Positions 53,490 to 63,684 of a stretch of 64,000 nucleotides of DNA are shown piece after piece. Numbering within the stretch: position 1 is the first letter of the stretch; each line of letters begins with the position of its first letter. Made by a program: the position numbers and the translations under genes. The notes under the pieces are model-generated. The model had not been told where the DNA came from and did no database searches. It worked only from the letters and a program-made list of their open reading frames with translations. Location: assembly GCA_000182565.2 (NCBI GenBank), contig KQ257460.1. One strand, 5' to 3'. The DNA is from Spizellomyces punctatus DAOM BR117. Taxonomy: Eukaryota.

Positions 53490-54811
53490 ATGGCATCAAG
53501 TGATGCGCTTTGCTTTTTCGATCTCGATTCCTATATGGGTAGGTGTCTGCTTTTCATGCCTGACGTTTGTGTGTTGCTTTGCCCTTTTTGTGTTTGTCGC
53601 TCGTCAAAAGGTCAGGCCTGCCGAAAGGGCAGCTGTTGCTGTGTGCTTTCTCGCAGGCTGCTGGGAACTGTGACTGCGCCTCAGTCGCGTTCCATGGAAG
53701 GGCGGGCAGGCTTTTTGACCACTATTCTATAAAACCTTTTGGTTTTCCTTGGCCTTTCCTGCTGTTCGCAGTTGGCCTGCCTCTTTCACAAACTCTTTTT
53801 TTTTTGGCTCTCATGTCTTATCCATATTATGCTTTTCGTCCTTCAGATTCACCCTACACCACTACCATGACGGATACGTCATCCCCCGGCAGTGTATATC
53901 CGAGCTACCCAATATCGCCCGAGGTGTCCGATCCGCTGGCCACATTCTTCAACGATATGAACGCCATGCCAATGTTTGACGACACAAAGGGCCAGCAAAC
54001 CGGAGACAAGCTGTTTGAACAGCTTCTTTTGGACAGCGTGAGTCCTACAACGTCTACAAATGACATTCGGTACGGAGCGCCGCCGGTCGCCACCAGCCAT
54101 CCTGGATTCTATAACGCAAGTCCTGCTACTACGACAATGACTGCTACGAGTCCCGACGGATCCCCTCAAACAGATGGGCTCCTCTCACCAGCCTTTAGTC
54201 CAGCCCCATCAGACTTTCACACGTCACCTGAAGCGGGATCTCCGCTACCGTCGTTTGATTCCTTTGATGTCAACTTTCAACCCATGTACGATTTGGATGT
54301 TTCCTGTGGCGCTGTACCTCCGGCAACCACCGAAAAGAAACCACCGATTGATCTCAAGAAACTGGACATGCTCAAGGCTGGTGCTCAACATCAGCAAGTC
54401 CGCGCATTGTTCCCTGAGCTATTGCCAACCATAGAACGGCTACGAGAGGTAGTACTGAAAAAGGATGGTGCTCAAGAGCCCCAGACTACAACACCGTCGG
54501 CACCCTCCTCGTCTGTAAACGTCCCTTGGGCCGCCACGTCAACACATTTAATGCAGTCAACAGAATCGACACAACCAATAAAAGGTCGAGTCGGCCGCAA
54601 GCGAAAGCCACGACCAACAGATCCCCTTCTCATTGCCGCGGAGCAGCACGCCAAGCGGCAAAAGAACACAGAAGCCGCCCGCCGGTCCCGTTTGCGCAAG
54701 ATGCTCAAAATGGAAACATTAGAAGAGGAACTCAAGGCAGTGACAGATGAGCGGGATGAGCTAAGGGAAAGAGTTCGGCTTTTGGAACAACAGCTTGAAA
54801 GAAAGGCTTAG
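53490..54811 (+). CDS. GCN4: Gcn4/CpcA-type bZIP transcription factor (exons 53490-53538 and 53847-54811 inferred)
   Basis: C-terminal KRQKNTEAARRSRLRK plus leucine zipper matches the Gcn4 basic region. Acidic/aromatic activation patches present. GTAGGT donor at 53539 and pyrimidine-tract CAG acceptor at 53846 join in frame; strong start context caacATGG. Confidence 0.85.
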
Positions 54812-55644
54812 CGCTACTTTTCTGCAAATTTCATTTACAGTATTCTGGATGGAGTAGGAGGGCAACCTGCTGGTTCGGGATTATTCCTTTTTTTTTGTAC
54901 ATCTGTAGTATAATAATGAAAAGCCTATTCCAAAACGTTGCGAAACGTGATCTGATTGTAATCACGTGGAGGTGATTTGTGACAGTGTCTTTTACAGATT
55001 TCGTTAGCGCCAAGCTGTTCCAAAAAGCACTGCTGTGGCATTTTTACGACAAGGAAGGCTCCAGATATGGAGCGGATGTAGGACGGGAAATGTTTCCCTA
55101 GATGCACTTTTAGATAGTTACAGTGGTGCTTTGCCAAAAGAAATCACAAGATGGTGACCATCAGGGCGTAACCTACACTCTTTCGCCCACCTCCATCTAG
55201 AAAGGCATTTTGGGTTAAAGGTTAAAAATAAGCCACAGGGTTTCCTTACAGAAAAAGCACACTCTGAAAGGAACGTCTTTAGCTATTCACGGAGGGTGCA
55301 CGCGGAGGACGTACACAAACGTAATATTCAAAAATACACCAAAAACGGTTCTTGTATCCCATTTTGGAGGGCTATTTATAGCTATTCCGTGCGCGATTAG
55401 TGTAAACACTTGTTGCAACAAAAGAGACATGGCATTGGTACTTTGGTTTACAAAAATTAAAAAAAGAGCCAGCCAGAACAGAAAGTCTTAACTTTTTTAT
55501 TTTTTTTACAAAAATATCTATACCTCCCATCGGATTCCCCCCCTTTTGCCTACCCTTTCGCTTTCGAATTCTGGTCTATTGTCGTTTAGTTTTTCTTTGT
55601 TGTTTGTTTTTTGTTCTCTTTGAGCAGTTGTTTTGAGGTTGATC

Positions 55645-56903
55645 ATGACTGGAGTAACTTCCACTACGAGCGTAAAGTCGAGCACGTCGACTAAAAAACC
55701 CAAAAAGTCCTTATCAGTGCGGGACAGTACGTTGCTGAAAATCTTGCAGGGTAAAACGTGTTATCCGCTGTCATTGGGCGAGTTTAAAAAGTTTTTGGGT
55801 ATGTTGTGATTAGAGTTTTGTTGCGAACGTGACGAGTTTTTTCTAATGTATTCATGCGGGGCTGGTTGGTAAACTTATAGAGACGAGAGAATTCTCTGCA
55901 GAGAACCTTGCTGTCGTCGAATGGTTCATTAGTTATCGAACCCGATTCAATGCGCTCCCAACCTCGGAACGCGAACGCTCTCCCCCACCTGCCTCGTCCG
56001 ACCAACAAGGAACGCTCGGTGCCCTCTCGATAGGAAGCAATGCATCAAGGACATCAACGCCAGATTCGCCAGGTGGGGAAGGACCCACCATCTCACTAGC
56101 GAACCAGGACCTCGAGTTTTTCCAAGTCCTGTTCCAGGGCTTTGATGCCCAAAACACGCCCGACATTAAACTGGATCAAAAACTGGTTGCGGATATCGGA
56201 AGAAAAGACCAACCCTTCCGTTCCGAAGTCAATGCAGCCATCAAACTCTTTTTCACTACCGAAGGAAGTATGGAATTGAATGTCCCCGGAACAATGCGAA
56301 AAGAAATTGTCTCAAATGCGGCCTTGACGACACATCCCGCCGTCTTTGCGCCAGCCGTGAAGCATTGTTTTGATATCATGCAGTCATCGAGTTTACCATC
56401 CTTTATGCGATTTGCGGCTCAGAATATTCAAAAGGATTCCCGGATTGATCGAGGTGTCAAGGGGATTGTGTGCTTCATCCTGGCGTTTATCATGACGTTT
56501 TTACTGGTATGTCTCGTTGTGACTGTCGCAAAGGCGCCTCAGCTCGTGTTTTTTAATCGTTTTGTTTTTACCGACGCAGATTTGGTTCAACAAGTCCCGC
56601 TGGACTCGATTGGGCACCTTCCCCCTCTTCCAACTCTCCGCGTCCTTCCTCTACACTGTCCACACAAGAATGTGCCTTCTCAACCACATGGGCCGCAAAA
56701 AAGAAGTGATTATCGTTGACCAAGATTTAGAAAAAGATGGACGGGATGACGATAATCCCAGAGGCAAACTCCTCATACACACTGTGGAAGAACCTATGGT
56801 GTTTGATATGCAGACACGAATCAAGTTGGAAACATTGGCATTGGCGACCGTGATAGGGGCGTGCTTGACGACGATAGCTGTAGCGATACCCGAGCACTTT
56901 TAG
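55645..56903 (+). CDS. RGS-domain protein with C-terminal TM helices (Rax1-like architecture)
   Basis: ILQGKTCYPLSLGEFKKFL|ETREFSAENL, QPFRSEV, ELNVPGTMRK, THPAVF, SLPSF, then three hydrophobic segments. Confidence 0.82.
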
Positions 56904-57254
56904 ATCTGGGAGGATAGATGAGGAGGGCAAAAACAGTTTTTTTTTGCGTTTATTGTTTTATCATTTTTTTTTTGTTGTTGTTGTTTTTAATGTGTATGAT
57001 TTTTCAAATCGTTTTATAACTTTGGGAAATGCAGGCTCAGCGATAAAGTAATGGACATGCATCTTCAAAAGAAACAAACATCTCAAAACGATATTCACGG
57101 CGTGTTTATATCGAAAAATACATCTCATTTATCCCAGATATTAAGCAACATAATATCCCAGAAATATTACAAAGAGAAATAGAGGAAAACAACAAGTTTC
57201 CCCATCCAAAAGGTATATCTACAGTATATACAAAAAAAAAAAAACATAATCCAT

Positions 57255-57722
57255 CTACAGATTCCTGCCCCGATCCTTTTCCATCTCGCCTCTCACCACC
57301 ATTCTTTCGGCATCATCCAGTATCCGCATCCACTGTTTCATGAATACCTGACGATCAGGTTTATATGTGGAAGATCCAGACGACGAAGTAGAGGTAGACA
57401 ATGTAGAGGCCGACGAAGTAGATGTGGACGTAGAACCAAATGACGATGCCGAGGTCCGTTGTCCTGGTGAAAAGGTTGGGGTACGTGGGGACACGGGAGG
57501 TGAGGGCATCATGATGCGCGTCAGGGGGGAAGGTTGAGGGATCACGACGGGATGAAGACCTCGTTGCGGTTGGGATTTAATGGAGGAGGTCCGTGGGGGT
57601 GCCATGAATGTGGGACTCTTTATTTGGCGATACGAGGGTGGTTGGTCATCGGGGGGTGATAGCGGTTCGTTCATTTTGTGAGTGGGATGTGTGTTGGGTT
57701 GGGTGTTGGGTTGGGTGTCCAT
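57255..57722 (-). CDS. Small Pro/Ser/Thr-rich hypothetical protein
   Basis: Open frame with PPSY, SPRTP motifs and a short helical C-terminus (FMKQWMRILDDAERM); no family recognised. Confidence 0.5.
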   Translation of the reverse strand: MDTQPNTQPNTHPTHKMNEPLSPPDDQPPSYRQIKSPTFMAPPRTSSIKSQPQRGLHPVVIPQPSPLTRIMMPSPPVSPRTPTFSPGQRTSASSFGSTSTSTSSASTLSTSTSSSGSSTYKPDRQVFMKQWMRILDDAERMVVRGEMEKDRGRNL

Positions 57723-59043
57723 TAGCCAGTCGTAGCTCTTGGAAACTTGGATGGGTGGGAGGAAGCAAACAGATTGGTCCATCAAAAAGAATATGTAAAA
57801 GTGACAAACAACTTGTAAGAGTAACTTGGCGGCGAGCGAGTGAACGAGAGAGTGGGGGGTCTGCGCTTTAAACGAACAAAAACTTGTGTGTATGTGTGTG
57901 TTTGGAGAGTTGAGGTATGAACTAGATTTTGAGTACGAAAGAGAGAGAGGGTCGAACGTACTGCAACTCTTTTATATGAGCGTTTCGCTGCCCCCCATCT
58001 TTATCATGCCTCTGGTGGCAAGCGCACAAAAAATCGCTAACCCACATCCACACACACACACACATATACTTGCAAAAAGGTTAAAAAGCGCCGTCTGTCA
58101 GTCGAGTCCAGAAAGTCCACAGATCAAATAACCCACCACTGCCAAACTTTTTTGCACCCACGTCCCCCCGTCACCCCCATCATCGCCACCATTACTAAAT
58201 CCTAGATAGTGGAATACCCCATTAAACAGTATGGTCCAAGTCGTTTTTTGTTCAGAAACGGGACCACCCCCAACTCTATGTGTTTTTTTCCTTATGGGTC
58301 CTTATGGGTCCTCCCATGTGTGTGTGTGTGGGGGGGCCACTGTGTACCAGAAACCCTCTTCTTTTTTGGTTGAGAAAAAGAAAAACACACACGTTCATAG
58401 CGTGCCTCCCAAATGACAAGACAACTACGATCAGCAGATAGTGAGATCTTGTCCCGAAGCTGTGTGTGTTGCTGGCTGGCTGGCTGGTATGAACGGGCTG
58501 TGCTAAAAAGAGTGTGATGTGTTAAATGAGCCTCCCAGCCACCCGTGACGCGTTCCCGAGTGAGCAAGTGTTGAAAGTGTGAAAAAATTCATTTAGTGGA
58601 AAAGGTGCATGAGCCAAAATTGGGGAAAAACGAAATAATCCTAAAATAACAGTTTGCATCTGATCTGATCGGCGAACCCAACTCGCTTTCGGCCGATGAT
58701 CCCTCCGGCGGCGGGGAGGGTGGCGGGGAACCGTTAAAGGGGTCCCCACACTGGGCAGGCCACAGGACAGACCACTGAGCAGGCCACTGGCAAAGGAGCA
58801 TTGTGATGGGCAGGACCACGATCATCGACGGCACTAATTAAAGGAAACGACACTTGTCCAGAAACATTCGGAATCAGCCACATTTCGCTTAAAATTAAAT
58901 TCCCAAACAAAAGAGGATACAAAAAATCCATCCTTTTTTGTCAACTTTTTTCCATTTTTAATTCTAATGTGTACTGGGAACACCACACATTATTCTACCA
59001 ATCCCTTGATCTTATACATCTATCGAGTCCCAAGTCAAAAACT

Positions 59044-60300
59044 CTACCCATTCCCCATCTCATACTCTCCAACCAAATACGTATCCCGTCTCTCATCTAT
59101 AAACCTATAAACACATGTATGAAGCAATCATCCAAAAAAAAAATACACCACATTTTAACTCACGTTAATATCTCTGTAAATCGCCGTTTTGAATAGATCG
59201 AGGGTTTCCTCATCGGCACCCACACGAGCCACCAGGACCGGTAATCGTACTACAAAAAAACACATGAGCGTGTCCCCGAAAAAAGAATAATGTATCATTG
59301 TAGCGTACCAAATAATCGCAACAAATGCTCGGCTCCATAGACATCACAAGGTTCCATTTTTGGGAGCCGCTTGACTAACCCAGCAAACTGCGGTCTCTCT
59401 GATCGGTAGAGTAAGATATTCTTTAACCCAGTATTAAAGTACAATGTAAGACCGTCTACGACTGTTTTGGTTTCGTCTTGTTCGGATTGGGGGGATGTGG
59501 ACATGTGGGATAGGTAGTCGGTTAAGAGGGTTTTCACGGAGGGTGTCCGGGGGAGGGGGACCAGCTGTTTTTTAAATGGTTAGACAAGCTAAAAGTCGGT
59601 TTTTGGTGGGTACGTACCCCTTGGTTATGGACAATGTATCGGTAGTCTTGGGCTAAATAGTCTTTAAGGTGATCGGAAAGTGCGAGTTTGAAGCTAGGCA
59701 ATCCAGAAAGGATATCGGGTTCATCCGGTGACTATCCCATCACAAAATAAGAATCCCAATCCTTTGGACAAGAGTAAAAAACATTGAAAAATATAAACCT
59801 TTAAAACAGAATCCCGTCGTCGTTTCCGCATATCCAGACTGGACCGCTTGCCTCTCTCGGGTACACGCACTGACGACCGTCGACCTGTGGGTGAAACCGT
59901 TTCTTCGAGTTCGGCTTGTTTGCGGAGGTTCTCGGGTGTCCATTTTAGAGTACGGGATTCAGGAACCCAGTCGTCCCATCTGGAAACATACTGAATTAAT
60001 CTTCACACAAGGAAAACCATTGAAAACGGACATCACGAAAAACGTACTTTACATTCCACCCTTTGTAATGAATAAAATAGTGCGGTCCTACATGTTCTGA
60101 TTCCTTTTTTCCGTCGTGTTCCCAATATTCTGCTTTCATCACCTATAAACATTCGTGTCAAAAAAAAAAAATCCCAAATCGTTATGCACCCCATCCATGT
60201 ACGAAACTTCTTAAACTACCTTGGCTTCATACAATAATGGCCCATGATAACATAGTATCGTCTCATTCTCGACGTAGTTGAGGCGCTTATCTTTGGGCAT
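59044..60300 (-). CDS. EAF3: Eaf3/MRG15 chromo-barrel + MRG domain protein (apparent 1-nt frameshift near the 3' end)
   Basis: ILCYHGPLLYEAK, HYFIHYKGWNVKWDDWVPESR, LVPLPRTPSV, GLTLYFN, LLYRSERPQF, VYGAEHLLRLF|VRLP. Confidence 0.9.
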
Positions 60301-60793
60301 GGGAGAGTCGTGTGTGTTGCTTTTGTCGGTTGTGTTTTCGGTGTTGGTTGAAATGGAAGGAGATGCTACTGTAGATGATGGTCATGCACTTGTGAACGTG
60401 GCGTGTGTGTAATGGTAGGAACATACCCTCACCGCTTCACTATCGACCCATGCGTTCCATTAGTGTAGAATGTCAAACGAAAATCTAGTGTGATGCATGT
60501 AGGGAGTCCGAGACAGTTGACACTTTGTGCTTGATTTGGTAATGGGGTTTGCAATTAACGGTGATTGGGTAAGCAGTCCTCAACTGGATGTGTGGTTCAC
60601 AACAGAAGATTTAAAGATGTGAGATCAACAACAAACGGAAACTGTATTCACAAGAATAAACGCAGGGAAATTGCATAAAACCATCACATCCACACAACTC
60701 GCAATCCTACTAACCCTAATCCTACTCTACCACAACAAAAAGCTCTACAATATAAAACACCTTCACCTAAAGCATCTACAAAAAAAAACCTAC

Positions 60794-62088
60794 TCACTCT
60801 TCCAACGCCCCCTTTCCAAACTCCTCAAAAACACAACACACATCACTCATACTAATCACACCCACCGGTTTCGGATTCCCCAAAGCAGTACCCTCAATCA
60901 CGAATACACGTAAAAGGTTCTGGAATAAAAGGTATGCGATGACTTGGCCCAGTGTGAAGCGTTGTGTACAGGTGTGGGGTGGTGGGAGGGTTCCGTGGAC
61001 GTGTCGGAGGAAGACGAGGGGTGGGTTCAAGACTTTTGCGTATGAGTATTTGTTTAATCAAAACCACTAAAAAAAGGTCAAGTTACCTTGATCAAGGCGT
61101 GATTGGTTTAACCCACGTAAATCACTTGCAGAGAGAGTAGCAACCAAAATCCCTTCCTCATCAACAACACCCAAACTCCTCACACCTTCATTCCGCATCT
61201 TTTTAAACCCTTGGATAGTACGTGAGTGCATGGAAATGGTTGTGCAGGATAAACCGTGAATTCCATTTTCGTGGGCAGGATGTTGCGATTGTTGTTTATT
61301 CATGATTTTGTTGGCGTCTATGCAGAGGATTGTGTCGAAATGGTGGTTGTTTGCGAATAGAAAGCGGAGGAGGTCGGTTTGGGTTACGAGGCGGGATGTG
61401 GTGTGAGGGGTGTGTGGGATGAGGACTCGGTGTATACCGTTTGACATGAGAGTAAGAAGACTGGGTTTTTTTACAAGTGTAAGATGTTACTGGGTTCTTT
61501 TTTTGAGATATGGAGTTGTTGCAACTTGCCTTAAAATCGTTTCATCTTCGTCGATGGTCCATACTCGCTCACTTTCACGAGTCAAGCCAATCGCCTCGCG
61601 GACAGGGTGTTGCAAAAAGTCTGCCCGCTGTTGAATGAGGCTGGGGTCCTCAAGTTCTTGATCAAACACAGGCTGCCAAAAAGAAAACCCGTGTCATTAC
61701 ACATGTCGTCTGTGACTTGGACATGAGGGTTATATACTTGGAAGGCTGTATAGGTCAATAAATCCAATCTGCCAAAAAAAAAGAAGGAAAAACAAGAATA
61801 TGTCAAAAGCATGTCAAATAGATATGAGCACAAGAGTTACGTACACATCAACAATCGAAATAAACTGTTTTTCATCCTCGCTCCATACTGGGACGGCTTG
61901 GATGTCGTTTGCCAACAGGACGTCAAAGGTCTTGAATGAAAACATTTTTGTATTATTAAAAACAAATGAAAACAATAGTTTTGGTTTACCTCTTCTACAG
62001 TGGTAGAGTCTTTGACGCTGATGAGTGGCCGAGCGGGGAGAGCTTTCAATAGGGTAGATACGGGTGTCGTCTGTATGAATTCAGACAT
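60794..62088 (-). CDS. CBS-domain protein (Sds23/AMPK-gamma-like tandem CBS)
   Basis: LISVKDSTTVEE, DIQAVPVW, IVDV|LDLL, GIHRVLI, LVTQTDLLRFL, VVDEEGILVATLSASDLRGL, PVGVISMSDV. Confidence 0.85.
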
Positions 62089-62373
62089 GCTGATGGACGT
62101 TCTTTTGGGTAGAAAGACTAGAGTTGCTTAAAACCTTTATTAATCTTGAACAGTGCCAGATAAAAAGGGATGGCGGACAAGGCTTTTCCCTTTTGAAATC
62201 ATCTGGTCTGGTCGCGTCACTCGTTGAGGATTTCACACCTTTTTGTTGAGGGGGTTTGCGTGCGCGTTTGGCGGTGCTTGCGAGATATCTGTTTTTTTTT
62301 ACACATTCCGATAGCAAAAACCTTTTTTGACGGAAAGTATATCGGGAGGGTAAGAGTATATTCCGCAACAAAC

Positions 62374-63337
62374 ATGCACCACAAAGAATACACCCGGCAT
62401 TCCACAACCTCCCACCACACAACACCATCCAATACATCCCTCTCATACTCGCATTCCCATCCCCTCCTATCACTCCAAATTGACCCAACATACATCTCGG
62501 ACGCCTCAATGCCATCCACGATCCTCCCAGAAGATATCATGGTGGGCGTGGATGCTCCCCCGGAGGGTACATACGCGCCATTCTTCTCCCCCGAAAAAAG
62601 TGAACCCACTAGATCATTCCGACAGAGTGTAACGAGTGTCGCGAGTTGTCCCAGTACGATGCACTGGAGTGATACGAGTGACTGTGAGGAGGATTTGGAG
62701 GTGTTGATGAGGAGGGTTGAGGAAGCTTTAGGAGGCCAAGAAGATGCTGAGGCGAGTTTGTTGTTGAAGGTTCAACAGGTGTTGAGTTTTAGTGATGAGA
62801 GTCGACGTGATGGATTGGGGGATGAGGGTTTGGATATACCCAATATGGATCTTTTACCGAATGATACGTACCTATCACCGGCATCCAATACCGTTCATTC
62901 TGAGAGTCAATCCAACGTGAAGACGACTCGCTCAGCACTCGACAGCCAGCACCACAACCGTTGAAGAATACCAATCCCCCCTCAGTCCAAACCGCCCCAA
63001 CAACACATATCAAGTCCCAAAAATCGAATACGAATCCTTTATGGCTGACGACGATACCATTGTCGAGGTACCACCACATCACAACTCTATACCCTTTACT
63101 CATACTAATAATGTTAAAACACAGAGAGCACTTGCACCCCTCTTTGCTAAATACGCCCCCTCTCTCATCCCACTACGCTCAGAAGACACCACAAGCGTAT
63201 CCACGACATCCACCTATGGGGATCTATCGATGGCGAGTTTGGAGTATTTGAGACGGTATGGGTTAGGAGAACAGAGTCGGGTGTTGGATGTTGAGAGGAT
63301 TCGGAGGTTACCGAAATTGGGTATGCCGGGTATGTGA
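62374..63337 (+). CDS. Putative STIL/Ana2/SAS-5-like centriole assembly protein (two reading frames joined by an intron or an indel at about 62868-62961)
   Basis: C-terminal LFAKY..., DLSMASLEYLRRYGL (STAN-like) and VLDVERIRRLPKL (TIM-like); upstream frame has a short acidic amphipathic helix. Confidence 0.7.
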
Positions 63338-63684
63338 ATGGGGTGTTTGGTGGTTTTGTATTGTATATTCTTTTCTTTTTTTTATTGAAAGTGTAATTTG
63401 TGATGGGTTCTGGTGGATGGGTTAGATTTGTAAGGACATTGTTATCGTACATACATCAATAGATGGTATGTATTTCTTCAAGAAACATCCACCTTATGTT
63501 AAGCTCCCTGTCTGCATACTACATACAGGGTCGTGTGCAAGTGTGTGCGTGCAGGAAAATGTGTGGGACTTGTGCTTTGGGCGACATTTGAAATCACATC
63601 TATTGACACTCTTACAGTTTCCTGTTCAATATAGAGTAATTTTACTATCCAATTGGTGCCTAGACGAAACTACGTCTTGACAAA

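Noticed and set aside
53567..53846. Long non-AUG N-terminal extension of the bZIP, as described for Neurospora cpc-1
   Set aside because: The segment is better explained as an intron. Upstream of the inferred ATG 53490 the frame closes at a TGA near 53427, so any extension is at most about 20 codons.
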